A stretch of 64,000 bases of DNA from Clostridia bacterium. GTDB taxonomy: Bacteria > Bacillota > Clostridia > Monoglobales > Firm-18. Location: NCBI GenBank assembly GCA_045541135.1, contig JAZQIO010000088.1:12136-76135 (forward strand), read 5' to 3'. Below the pieces are notes generated by a model that did not search any database, had not been told where the DNA came from, and saw only the letters and a list, made by a program, of their open reading frames with translations. This document shows positions 20,484 to 29,483 of the stretch, piece after piece. A program made the position numbers and the translations under genes. Positions within the stretch are counted from its first letter, which is position 1, and each line of letters starts with the position of its first letter.

Positions 20484-22331
20484 GTGAGTATTTTAGAGCA
20501 CATTGACAATCCGTCAGATTTAAAAAAACTCAATAATGATGAACTTAATCTCCTTTCTGCTGAAATAAGGGAATTTCTTGTGGAAACTGTGTCTAAAACA
20601 GGTGGGCATCTTGCATCAAGCCTTGGTGTTGTTGAGCTGACACTGGCACTTCACAAAACTTTTAATTCTCCAAAGGATAAAATTATATGGGACGTAGGTC
20701 ACCAGGCTTATGTACACAAAATTGTAACAGGCAGAAAAGATAAATTCGATACACTACGTCAATTTGGCGGTCTTAGCGGTTTCCCCCGCGGTAATGAAAG
20801 CAAGCACGACGTTTTTGATGCAGGTCATGCGAGTAATTCCATATCTGCCGCACTTGGTTATGTATGTGCAAGAGATATAAAAAACGAAGATTACAGCGTT
20901 GTTGCAGTTATAGGTGACGGTGCAATGAGCGGCGGTCTTGCATTTGAAGGCATAAACAATGCAACAAGGCTAAAGACAAACTTTATTGTTATTTTAAATG
21001 ACAATGAAATGTCAATATCCAAAAACGTAGGTGGTCTTTCTAAATACCTTAACAATTTAAGAACAAGACCGGGATATATGAAAACAAAAAACGATGTATC
21101 TTCTACTCTTAATAAAATTCCGCTTATCGGTAAACCCATATACAAGCTTATAAGCGGAACGAAATCCGTATTCAAATACATTGTTACAAAAACACCTACA
21201 CATATTTTTGAAGAACTTGGATTTAAAAGCATAGGTCCCGTTGACGGTCACAATATCAAGGAGCTTTGTGATGCTTTAGAGCGTGCAAAGCGCATAAAGG
21301 GGCCTGTCATAATTCATATGTACACACAAAAGGGTAAGGGCTACGCATTTGCAGAACAAAACCCAAGCAAATTCCACGGTATAGGAAAGTTTGACCCTAA
21401 GGTTGGCGAATGTGCAAGCAAAGCATCAAAAAGTGTGTCTCCGTCTAAAGTATTCGGAAACAAAATGATTGAAATGGCAAAGACAAACAAAAACCTTGTT
21501 GCAATTACGGCGGCTATGCCTGACGGTACGGGACTTTCGGAATTTGCAAAGCTTTATCCCGAAAGATTTTACGATGTAGGTATTGCAGAAGGTCATGCAA
21601 TAACCTTTGCAGGAGGTATGGCAAAGGGCGGTGCTGTACCTGTTGCGGCAATATATTCCACATTCTTACAGCGTGCTTACGACAACATTTACCACGACCT
21701 TATTTTGCAGCGTGCACACGCAATAATTGCAATTGACAGAGCAGGTCTTGTAGGTGAAGACGGTGAAACACATCACGGTATGTTTGATATTTCATACCTT
21801 AGCACATTACCTGACATTTCAATACTTGCGCCTTCCTCTTCCTCTCAGCTTGAGGAAATGCTTGAGTATTCAGTTAACAAACACAATGGCGTTATTGCCA
21901 TCAGATACCCTAAAATTTTCTACAACGACCATAAATCTGATTATTCATTTGAATATGGCAAAGCCGCTATTGAAAAAGAGGGTACAGACATTACAGTTGT
22001 TGCAGAAGGTAATATGTTAGAACACGCCTTGGAGGCTGCTGAAATTTCAAAACACAGTGTTGAGGTTATAGATGTAAGAACAATAAAGCCATTGGATGCC
22101 CAAACTATTAAAGCATCTTTTAACAAAACAGGTAAAATCATTACTGTTGAAGACAACACAGTAAGGGGTGGGCTTGGAAGTATTGTTGAAGATGCAATTG
22201 GTGCTTCTGTTACAAAAATCGGCTACAATGATACAATTGTAACCCACGGTGATTTAAAAACACTTTATAAAGAAAACAAAGTAGATGCACAGTCTATTGC
22301 AGACGAAATTGAAAGGATGTGCAACATTTGA
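20484..22331 (+). CDS. dxs: 1-deoxy-D-xylulose-5-phosphate synthase
   Basis: 615 aa. GTG start. GGHLASSLG and TPP-binding IGDGAMSGGLAFEG motifs. Confidence 0.95.
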   Translation: MSILEHIDNPSDLKKLNNDELNLLSAEIREFLVETVSKTGGHLASSLGVVELTLALHKTFNSPKDKIIWDVGHQAYVHKIVTGRKDKFDTLRQFGGLSGFPRGNESKHDVFDAGHASNSISAALGYVCARDIKNEDYSVVAVIGDGAMSGGLAFEGINNATRLKTNFIVILNDNEMSISKNVGGLSKYLNNLRTRPGYMKTKNDVSSTLNKIPLIGKPIYKLISGTKSVFKYIVTKTPTHIFEELGFKSIGPVDGHNIKELCDALERAKRIKGPVIIHMYTQKGKGYAFAEQNPSKFHGIGKFDPKVGECASKASKSVSPSKVFGNKMIEMAKTNKNLVAITAAMPDGTGLSEFAKLYPERFYDVGIAEGHAITFAGGMAKGGAVPVAAIYSTFLQRAYDNIYHDLILQRAHAIIAIDRAGLVGEDGETHHGMFDISYLSTLPDISILAPSSSSQLEEMLEYSVNKHNGVIAIRYPKIFYNDHKSDYSFEYGKAAIEKEGTDITVVAEGNMLEHALEAAEISKHSVEVIDVRTIKPLDAQTIKASFNKTGKIITVEDNTVRGGLGSIVEDAIGASVTKIGYNDTIVTHGDLKTLYKENKVDAQSIADEIERMCNI

Positions 22332-23113
22332 AGGAAAGATTAGACATATACCTTACAGAAAACGGTTATGCAGAAAGTCGTGAAAAGGCAAAGAGCATAA
22401 TTATGGAGGGTATTGTATATATAAATAATCAAAAGGCTATGAAAGCCGGTGATATGGTAGCTGACAAAGATACTGTTGAAGTACGTGGTAACACATTAAA
22501 ATATGTTAGCCGTGGCGGACTTAAGCTTGAAAAGGCAATGACAAATTTTGACCTTACGCTTGAAGGAAAGGTTTGTATGGACGTTGGTGCTTCAACCGGC
22601 GGTTTTACAGACTGTATGCTTCAAAACGGTGCAAGTAAGGTTTATTGCGTAGATGTAGGATACGGTCAGCTTGCATGGAAGTTAAGACAGGATGAACGTG
22701 TACACAATATGGAACGTACAAATATAAGATACGTTACAGAAGCCGACATAGATGAAAAGCTTGACTTTGCATCAATTGATGTTGCCTTTATATCATTAAA
22801 GCTTGTTCTTCCCGTTGTACACAATCTTTTGAAGGACGACGGTGAAGTGGTTGCACTTATAAAGCCACAGTTTGAGGCAGGCAGAGAAAAGGTAGGAAAA
22901 AAAGGTGTTGTGCGTGATAAAAACGTACATATAGAGGTTATTGAAAATGTATTGGAATTTACAAGAAGCTTTGGATTCAGAGTTTCAGAAGTTACCTATT
23001 CTCCCATTAAAGGACCTGAGGGAAACATTGAATATTTAATGCATATTTCAAAACAGGGCGAGGATAACGAAATAGACGTTATAAATATAGTAGAAAATTC
23101 TCACAATTTATAA
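22319..23113 (+). CDS. tlyA: TlyA-family 16S/23S rRNA 2'-O-methyltransferase
   Basis: S4-like N-terminus (RLDIYL...) and SAM motif DVGASTGGFTD. The track start at 22319 is a GTG inside the dxs end. The TTG at 22328, 10 nt after GAAAGGA, is an equally good start. Confidence 0.85.
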   Translation: MQHLKERLDIYLTENGYAESREKAKSIIMEGIVYINNQKAMKAGDMVADKDTVEVRGNTLKYVSRGGLKLEKAMTNFDLTLEGKVCMDVGASTGGFTDCMLQNGASKVYCVDVGYGQLAWKLRQDERVHNMERTNIRYVTEADIDEKLDFASIDVAFISLKLVLPVVHNLLKDDGEVVALIKPQFEAGREKVGKKGVVRDKNVHIEVIENVLEFTRSFGFRVSEVTYSPIKGPEGNIEYLMHISKQGEDNEIDVINIVENSHNL

Positions 23114-23125
23114 AGGAGAATTATT

Positions 23126-23953
23126 ATGAAAAAAATTGCAATTATCCCAAACATTTTAAGAGATGAAAATTTTGTGGGTACAAAAAAGATAATTGAATAT
23201 TTAAAGTCAAAGTGCATTGATGTTATTGCAGACAACAGCCTTGAAAAATACTGTCTTGATGTAGAATACAAAGACCTTGAAGCATACAAGGATATTGATA
23301 TGGCAATTATTATAGGCGGTGATGGTACAATACTTGCATCAAGCAAAAAGTACATAAATACAGATATTCCCATACTCGGTATTAATCACGGTAATGTAGG
23401 CTTTTTAACAGAGCTTGAAAAAGGTGATGAAAAAGGCCTTGCAGACATTATAGGTGGTAATTATTCCGTTGAAAAAAGACCTGTCATAGAGGTTGAATAC
23501 TGTACAAACAAGTATTATTCCATAAACGAAGTCTCAGTACACAGAGGTAATTCCCCCAAAATGCTGCACATTGACATTATAATTGAAGATGTTTCAATGA
23601 ACAAATTTAAGGCAGACGGACTTATAGTTGCTACCTCCTCCGGCTCTACTGCATATTCCCTTGCGGCAGGAGGTCCAATAATTGACCCGTCGGTAAACGC
23701 CTTTGTTGTTACTCCCGTTTGTCCTCACAACATAAATATACGAAGTGTTGTTGTATCAAACGAGGCGGAAATAAAAATAAAAATTAAAGATTCCGAGCTA
23801 TGCACATTCTCTGTAGACGGTAATTTAATTGAAGAAATTAAAGGAAACAGTGAAATAATCATAAAAAAAGGCGGATACCTTAACACTGTAAGACAAAGCA
23901 AAAATTCTTTTTACAAAAAACTTAAAAGAAAAATATTTGAAAAGGAACTTTGA
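23126..23953 (+). CDS. nadK: NAD kinase
   Basis: 275 aa. GGDGT motif and the STAYSLAAGGPI region. Confidence 0.9.
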   Translation: MKKIAIIPNILRDENFVGTKKIIEYLKSKCIDVIADNSLEKYCLDVEYKDLEAYKDIDMAIIIGGDGTILASSKKYINTDIPILGINHGNVGFLTELEKGDEKGLADIIGGNYSVEKRPVIEVEYCTNKYYSINEVSVHRGNSPKMLHIDIIIEDVSMNKFKADGLIVATSSGSTAYSLAAGGPIIDPSVNAFVVTPVCPHNINIRSVVVSNEAEIKIKIKDSELCTFSVDGNLIEEIKGNSEIIIKKGGYLNTVRQSKNSFYKKLKRKIFEKEL

Positions 23954-24408
23954 TTATGTATACAAAAAAACAACGTCATGCTAAAATATTGGAGCTTATA
24001 AAAACAGAAGCCATTGAAAGACAGGAAGATATTGCAAAAAAGCTTAACGATATGGGCTATATGGTTACACAGGCTACAGTTTCAAGAGATATAAGAGACT
24101 TAAATCTTATAAAACAGTCTGTAGGCGGTGTTATAAAATACGTACTTCCCGAAGAGGTTACAACAGATAACACAGTTAAGCTTATAGATATTTTCGGAAA
24201 CAGTGTTGTATCCGTTGAAAGTGCCGAAAATTTGTTGGTTGTAAAAACACTAAGCGGTACTGCACACGCAGCAGCTTCTGCAATTGATGCAATGTCCAAC
24301 ACTATGATTTTAGGCACAATTGCAGGTGATGACACAATACTTGTTATTGCGAAAAATGCAGAACAGGCTGAAATTGTAAAAAAAGAAATTACTATGCTTA
24401 TAAAATAA
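23950..24408 (+). CDS. argR: Arginine repressor
   Basis: ~150 aa. Winged-helix N-terminus (QATVSRDIRDL) and C-terminal GTIAGDDTILV oligomerisation/arginine-binding motif. The ATG at 23956 is the likely start. Confidence 0.9.
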   Translation: MIMYTKKQRHAKILELIKTEAIERQEDIAKKLNDMGYMVTQATVSRDIRDLNLIKQSVGGVIKYVLPEEVTTDNTVKLIDIFGNSVVSVESAENLLVVKTLSGTAHAAASAIDAMSNTMILGTIAGDDTILVIAKNAEQAEIVKKEITMLIK

Positions 24409-24420
24409 AGGATGTAAATT

Positions 24421-26097
24421 ATGCTTGAAAGACTACACATTAAAAACATAGCTGTCATTGATGAGGCAGAAATTGAATTTAATAAAGGCTTTAACGTACT
24501 TACAGGCGAAACAGGTGCAGGTAAGTCTATTATCATTGACTCTATTAATATGGTGTTAGGTGAACGTACAAGCAAATCCATTATCCGTAACGGTGAAAAA
24601 AAGGCCGTAGTTGAAGCTATGTTTTCAATAGACAATGCCGAATTTATAAAAACACTTGATGAAAACGGCATTGAGGTTGAAGACGGAATGTTAATACTTT
24701 ACCGTGACCTTAATACAGACGGCAAAAGCTTGTGTAAAATAAACGGTTCTATGACTACTGCGTCGGGAATAAGAGAAATTGCAAATATGCTTATTAACAT
24801 ACACGGTCAGCAGGATAACCAGTCATTGCTTACACCCTCTTCCCACATTAACTTTTTAAACAGTTACGCAAACCTTGCTTCAAAGCTTGACGAATACAAA
24901 GTATATTTTAATAAGGTAAATGAAATTTCCGACAAGCTGAATTCATTGCAGGTTGATGAACGTGAAAAGGAAAGAATGACTGACCTTTACACCTTCCAGA
25001 TAAAAGAAATTGAAGATGCAAAGTTGGTTGCAGGTGAAGATGAACAGCTTGCAGAACGCAGAAAGTTTATAAGTGGTATAAGTAAAATTTCAGAAGCACT
25101 GAACTATTCTCATGAAGCTCTTTACAGTTCCGACCGCAATGTGTATGATACTATTTCCTCCGTTGTTAACAGCTTTATGTCTGTTACGGAATATGACTCA
25201 AAGCTTAATGACATTTACGAAAGGTTAAACAGTGCGGCAATAGAGCTTGAAGACATAATATACCAGATTCGCGACTATCGTGACGGTATGGATTTTGACG
25301 AAAGCGAAGTCGACAGTATTGAGGCACGTCTTGACCTTATCAATACTTTAAAACGCAAATACGGTAACACTATTGAAGATATAATTGAATATAAAAATGA
25401 AATTGAAGATAAGCTTTATTCCATTACAAAAAGTGATGAAGAAACAGAAAGATTAAACGAAGAACTTGTCAAAGCAACAGAATCCCGAAACAAGATTGCT
25501 TCCGAAATCACAAAAATGCGTACAAAATATGCTACAGAGCTTAGCGACAAAATATGCAAAGAGCTTGCAGACCTTGATATGTCAAAGGTTAAGTTTGATG
25601 TACAGATTAAAGAATGCGAATACAACAAAAATGGCTGTGACAGTGTGGAATTTTTAATTTCCGTAAATGCAGGTGAGCCCTTAAAGCCACTTTCCAAAAT
25701 AGCATCAGGCGGTGAAATGTCCAGAATTATGCTTGCAATAAAGTCTATATTTGCGGATTCTGACCCTGTTGACACATTGATATTTGACGAAATTGATACA
25801 GGTGTAAGCGGACGTGCCGCACAGAAGATTGCCGAAAAAATAAACAAAATTGCAGGAAGCAAGCAGATACTATGCATTACACACCTTGCACAGATTGCCG
25901 CTATGGCAGGTACTCACTTCCTTATTGAAAAGAATGTTGAGGCTGAACACACATATACAAAGGTTACTCCTCTTGACGAAGGTTCAAGAAAAAATGAGCT
26001 TGCAAGAATTATAGGCGGTGCACAGATTACCGACATTACAATTCAGGCGGCATCGGAAATGATTGAGCTTGCAAACAAAATAAAAGGTTGTGATTAA
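24421..26097 (+). CDS. recN: DNA repair protein RecN
   Basis: 558 aa. Walker A GETGAGKS, long coiled-coil middle, C-terminal signature SGGEMSRIMLA and Walker B LIFDEIDTG. Confidence 0.95.
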   Translation: MLERLHIKNIAVIDEAEIEFNKGFNVLTGETGAGKSIIIDSINMVLGERTSKSIIRNGEKKAVVEAMFSIDNAEFIKTLDENGIEVEDGMLILYRDLNTDGKSLCKINGSMTTASGIREIANMLINIHGQQDNQSLLTPSSHINFLNSYANLASKLDEYKVYFNKVNEISDKLNSLQVDEREKERMTDLYTFQIKEIEDAKLVAGEDEQLAERRKFISGISKISEALNYSHEALYSSDRNVYDTISSVVNSFMSVTEYDSKLNDIYERLNSAAIELEDIIYQIRDYRDGMDFDESEVDSIEARLDLINTLKRKYGNTIEDIIEYKNEIEDKLYSITKSDEETERLNEELVKATESRNKIASEITKMRTKYATELSDKICKELADLDMSKVKFDVQIKECEYNKNGCDSVEFLISVNAGEPLKPLSKIASGGEMSRIMLAIKSIFADSDPVDTLIFDEIDTGVSGRAAQKIAEKINKIAGSKQILCITHLAQIAAMAGTHFLIEKNVEAEHTYTKVTPLDEGSRKNELARIIGGAQITDITIQAASEMIELANKIKGCD

Positions 26098-26466
26098 TTG
26101 AATAAAAACGGTGTTGTTGAAAAGGTTGAAGGCACAAAGGTTACAGTAAAAATACAGCGTGATTCTTCCTGCGGTGAAAACTGTGCTATGTGCAATGCCT
26201 GCCCCGGTAAGGATATGCTTGTTACCGTTGAAACGGATATCCCTTTGCAGGTGGGTGACAGTGTAAGGCTTGAAACCAATACAAAAACAGTTTTATTATC
26301 CGCTTTTTGCGTATACATCCTACCTATAGTGCTACTGATTGTGGGATACGCCCTGCACACACTATATCTTGGGTTAATACTTATGGTAATTTCCTTTACA
26401 ATATTGTTACAGGTTGATAAAAAAATCAGCAAAAAACATTTTATAAAGTTGAGCAAAGTGCATTAA
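26098..26466 (+). CDS. RseC/MucC-family (SoxR-reducing system) small membrane protein
   Basis: 122 aa. TTG start abutting the recN stop. Cys cluster CGENCAMCNAC followed by two TM helices. Confidence 0.65.
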   Translation: MNKNGVVEKVEGTKVTVKIQRDSSCGENCAMCNACPGKDMLVTVETDIPLQVGDSVRLETNTKTVLLSAFCVYILPIVLLIVGYALHTLYLGLILMVISFTILLQVDKKISKKHFIKLSKVH

Positions 26467-26505
26467 ATCAAGCATTTTGCTCATTTTTATGTAAAAATAA
26501 ATTAA

Positions 26506-26557
26506 TCACAATATATTGTTTTTTACTATTGACAAAGCAACTATATGTTGTTATAAT
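26506..26557 (+). promoter_or_regulatory. nrdDG promoter (TTGACA, 17 nt, TATAAT) with two NrdR boxes
   Basis: -35 TTGACA at 26529-26534 and -10 TATAAT at 26552-26557, with exact 17-nt spacing. Two palindromic boxes, TCACAATATATTGT (26506-26519) and CAACTATATGTTGT (26538-26551), lie 31-32 bp apart centre to centre. They match the NrdR-box consensus (acaCwAtATaTwGtgt), and the second overlaps the promoter spacer. Confidence 0.8.
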
Positions 26558-26646
26558 ATAAATGCACGCAAACCCAAGATGTTGGGTTTTTTTAGTCAAT
26601 CAATAAATGAAATACCATATAAATTGCAAGGAAAGGAGATTTAATT

Positions 26647-28824
26647 ATGAAGATTATAAAGCGAAGCGGCGCAGAAGTTATATTTGACCCCGAGAAGATT
26701 ATTGTTGCTATTTCCAAGGCGAATGACAGTGTTGTTCCAAGTGCAAGAATGACACCTATACAGATTAAAAGAATTGCCGAGGACGTTGAAAGTGCGGCAC
26801 TTAATATTAACCGTTCACTTAGCGTGGAAGAAATACAGGATATGGTCGAAGACCAGATTATGAACCAGCGTGCTTTTGAAGTGGCAAGACGTTATATTAC
26901 ATACCGTTATACACGTGCATTGGTACGTAAATCAAACACTACAGACGAACAGATTTTAAGTCTTATTGAATGCAACAACGAAGAGGTTAAGCAGGAAAAT
27001 TCAAACAAGAACCCTACTGTTAACAGTGTACAGCGTGACTATATGGCAGGTGAGGTAAGTAAGGATATTACAAAGCGTATTCTTCTTCCTTCTGACATTG
27101 TTACAGCACACGAACAGGGTATTATCCACTTCCACGATGCTGACTACTTTGCACAGCATATGCACAACTGTGACCTTGTAAACCTTGAGGATATGTTACA
27201 GAACGGTACAGTAATAAGCGGTACTATGATTGAAAAGCCACACAGCTTTTCAACAGCTTGTAACATTTCTACACAGATTATTGCACAGGTTGCTTCCTGC
27301 CAGTACGGCGGTCAGAGCATAAGTCTTACACATCTTGCTCCATTTGTTGACGTAAGCCGTCAGAAGATTAAAAAGCAGGTTATTGAAGAATTCAAGTCTA
27401 TAAATCAGGAAGTTTCCGAGGAACAAATTAACGAAATTACCGAAAAAAGACTTCGTGACGAAGTTAAAAGCGGTGTACAGATGATACAGTACCAGGTTGT
27501 TACACTTATGACAACTAACGGACAAGCTCCTTTTGTAACTGTATTTATGTATCTTAATGAAGCTAAAAACGAGCAGGAAAAGAAAGACCTTGCTTTGGTT
27601 ATTGAAGAAACCTTAAAACAGCGTTATCAGGGTGTTAAAAACGAAAAGGGTGTATGGATTACACCTGCATTCCCTAAGCTTATTTACGTTCTGGAAGAAG
27701 ATAACATCCACAAGGACAGCAAATACTATTACCTTACAGAGCTTGCGGCTAAATGTACTGCAAAACGTATGGTACCTGACTACATTTCCGAAAAGGTAAT
27801 GCTTCAGAACAAAATTGACAAAAACGGTGAAGGTCACTGCTACACCTGTATGGGATGCAGAAGCTTCCTTACTCCTTTTGTTGATGAAAACGGTAAACCT
27901 AAATATTACGGCAGATTCAACCAGGGTGTTGTAACAGTTAACCTTGTTGATATTGGTCTTTCCGCTAACAAAGACCTTGACAAGTTCTGGGAAATATTTG
28001 ACGAACGTATGGACCTTTGTCACAGAGCATTACAGTGCAGACATGAAAGACTTACAGGCACGCTTTCCGATGCCGCTCCAATACTGTGGCAACACGGTGC
28101 ACTGCTTAGACTTAACAAGGGCGAAAGCATAGACAAATATCTGCACGGCGGATATTCTACACTTTCACTTGGTTATGCAGGTCTTTGGGAATGTGTTTAC
28201 AGTCTTATCGGCAAAAAGCTTACAGAAGCTGAGGGTGAAGAATTAGGCCTTGAAATTATGCGTAAGCTTAATGAATACACAGCCAAGTGGAAGGCTGAAG
28301 AAAATATTGACTATTCACTTTACGGCACACCACTTGAGAGCACAACATACAAATTTGCTAAAAACCTGCAGAGTAGATTTGGTATTATAAAGGGTGTTAC
28401 TGACAAAAACTACATTACAAACAGTTATCATGTTCACGTAACAGAAGATATTGACGCTTTTGACAAGCTTGCTTTGGAATCTAAATTCCAGGCACTTTCT
28501 CCCGGTGGTGCTATATCTTATGTTGAGGTTCCTAATATGCAGAACAACCTTGAAGCTGTTCTTTCCGTAATGAGATTTATTTACGACAACATTATGTATG
28601 CGGAGCTTAATACAAAGAGTGACTACTGTCAGGAATGCGGATTTGACGGTGAAATAGAAGTTAAAGAAGATGCTGACGGTAAGCTTATATGGACTTGTCC
28701 TAACTGTGGCAACAATGACCAGACAAAGCTTAATGTTGCAAGAAGAACTTGCGGCTACATTGGTACACAGTTCTGGAATCAGGGAAGAACTCAGGAAATT
28801 AAAGAACGTGTATTACATCTATAA
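26647..28824 (+). CDS. nrdD: Anaerobic ribonucleoside-triphosphate reductase (class III)
   Basis: 725 aa. N-terminal ATP-cone. C-terminal Zn ribbon (CQECG...CPNCG). Glycyl-radical motif RRTCGYIG. Confidence 0.95.
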   Translation: MKIIKRSGAEVIFDPEKIIVAISKANDSVVPSARMTPIQIKRIAEDVESAALNINRSLSVEEIQDMVEDQIMNQRAFEVARRYITYRYTRALVRKSNTTDEQILSLIECNNEEVKQENSNKNPTVNSVQRDYMAGEVSKDITKRILLPSDIVTAHEQGIIHFHDADYFAQHMHNCDLVNLEDMLQNGTVISGTMIEKPHSFSTACNISTQIIAQVASCQYGGQSISLTHLAPFVDVSRQKIKKQVIEEFKSINQEVSEEQINEITEKRLRDEVKSGVQMIQYQVVTLMTTNGQAPFVTVFMYLNEAKNEQEKKDLALVIEETLKQRYQGVKNEKGVWITPAFPKLIYVLEEDNIHKDSKYYYLTELAAKCTAKRMVPDYISEKVMLQNKIDKNGEGHCYTCMGCRSFLTPFVDENGKPKYYGRFNQGVVTVNLVDIGLSANKDLDKFWEIFDERMDLCHRALQCRHERLTGTLSDAAPILWQHGALLRLNKGESIDKYLHGGYSTLSLGYAGLWECVYSLIGKKLTEAEGEELGLEIMRKLNEYTAKWKAEENIDYSLYGTPLESTTYKFAKNLQSRFGIIKGVTDKNYITNSYHVHVTEDIDAFDKLALESKFQALSPGGAISYVEVPNMQNNLEAVLSVMRFIYDNIMYAELNTKSDYCQECGFDGEIEVKEDADGKLIWTCPNCGNNDQTKLNVARRTCGYIGTQFWNQGRTQEIKERVLHL

Positions 28825-28849
28825 TACGTGATGTAAAAATAAATTTAAT

Positions 28850-28878
28850 AACGGGCGCTTGAACGGCGTCCGTTTTTT
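28850..28878 (+). terminator. Terminator-like hairpin between nrdD and nrdG
   Basis: AACGGGCGC / GCGTCCGTT (9 bp, one G.T pair) with a 7-nt loop, followed by TTTT. It lies 26 nt after the nrdD stop and just ahead of the nrdG RBS. Confidence 0.5.
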
Positions 28879-28891
28879 AAGGATTGATTTT

Positions 28892-29443
28892 ATGAATTAC
28901 GCTACAATTAAAAAAAATGACATTGCAAACGGTCCGGGAATACGTGTTTCCCTTTTTGTAAGCGGTTGCCGTCACAGATGCAAAAACTGTTTTAACAGCG
29001 AGGCATGGGATTTTAACTACGGCAAGGAATTTAACGATGCTGTTATTGGTGAAATAATAACAGCACTAAAGCCCGACTATGTGGAGGGCATATCCCTTCT
29101 GGGCGGTGAACCCTTTGAACCTGAAAATCAGGAGGGACTTATTAAGCTGCTTGAAAAGGTGAGAAGTGAATTGCCCGGCAAAAACGTGTGGTGCTACACA
29201 GGCTTTACCTTTGAAAAGGATTTAATGAACGGCAGTGAAAATGCAAAAAAACTATTATCACTTATTGATGTATTGGTAGACGGAAAGTTTGTTGAGGAAC
29301 TAAAGGACGCTTCCCTTATCTTCCGTGGCTCTTCAAATCAGAATATAATAGACGTTCCGAAGTCATTACAAGCCAAGTCAACAGTTTTACTTGCAGGCAC
29401 CTGGAAGCGAAAAATGGGGTCTACAAATATATATGATGCATAA
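28892..29443 (+). CDS. nrdG: Anaerobic ribonucleotide reductase activating protein (radical SAM)
   Basis: Start moved to the ATG at 28892 (MNYATIKKNDIANGPGIRVSLFVSGC), preceded by TAAGGA. Radical-SAM cluster CRHRCKNC. The track's upstream TTG start lies inside the hairpin. Confidence 0.9.
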   Translation: MNYATIKKNDIANGPGIRVSLFVSGCRHRCKNCFNSEAWDFNYGKEFNDAVIGEIITALKPDYVEGISLLGGEPFEPENQEGLIKLLEKVRSELPGKNVWCYTGFTFEKDLMNGSENAKKLLSLIDVLVDGKFVEELKDASLIFRGSSNQNIIDVPKSLQAKSTVLLAGTWKRKMGSTNIYDA

Positions 29444-29477
29444 AAAAGTTGCAGTAATATTTTACTGCAACTTTTTT
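29443..29477. terminator. Bidirectional intrinsic terminator between convergent nrdG and the SNF transporter
   Basis: 11-bp stem AGTTGCAGTAA / TTACTGCAACT with an A-run upstream and a T-run downstream. Confidence 0.85.
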
Positions 29478-29483
29478 ATGCTT

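Noticed and set aside
22317-22331. dxs/tlyA overlap as a programmed frameshift or gene fusion
   Set aside because: It is an ordinary short overlap or abutment of two complete genes. TlyA has plausible GTG and TTG starts and dxs has a normal stop.
24057-24671. 204-aa - strand ORF overlapping argR and recN, and similar long antisense ORFs (3831..4217, 12848..13255, 10272..10772, 50212..50823, 47604..48008 and others)
   Set aside because: These are shadow ORFs opposite well-supported genes. They have low-complexity or Cys/Phe/Ile-rich composition, no RBS and no recognisable motifs.
26470-26646. Cobalamin or other riboswitch in the nrdD leader
   Set aside because: The leader is only about 85 nt from the predicted TSS to the ATG and contains a single 8-bp hairpin. 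That is far too short for a B12 aptamer. The NrdR boxes explain the regulation.
28859-28891. Longer nrdG N-terminus starting at the TTG at 28859
   Set aside because: That start lies in the loop of the inter-cistronic hairpin and has no RBS. The ATG at 28892 gives the conserved MNYATIKK... N-terminus and follows TAAGGA.
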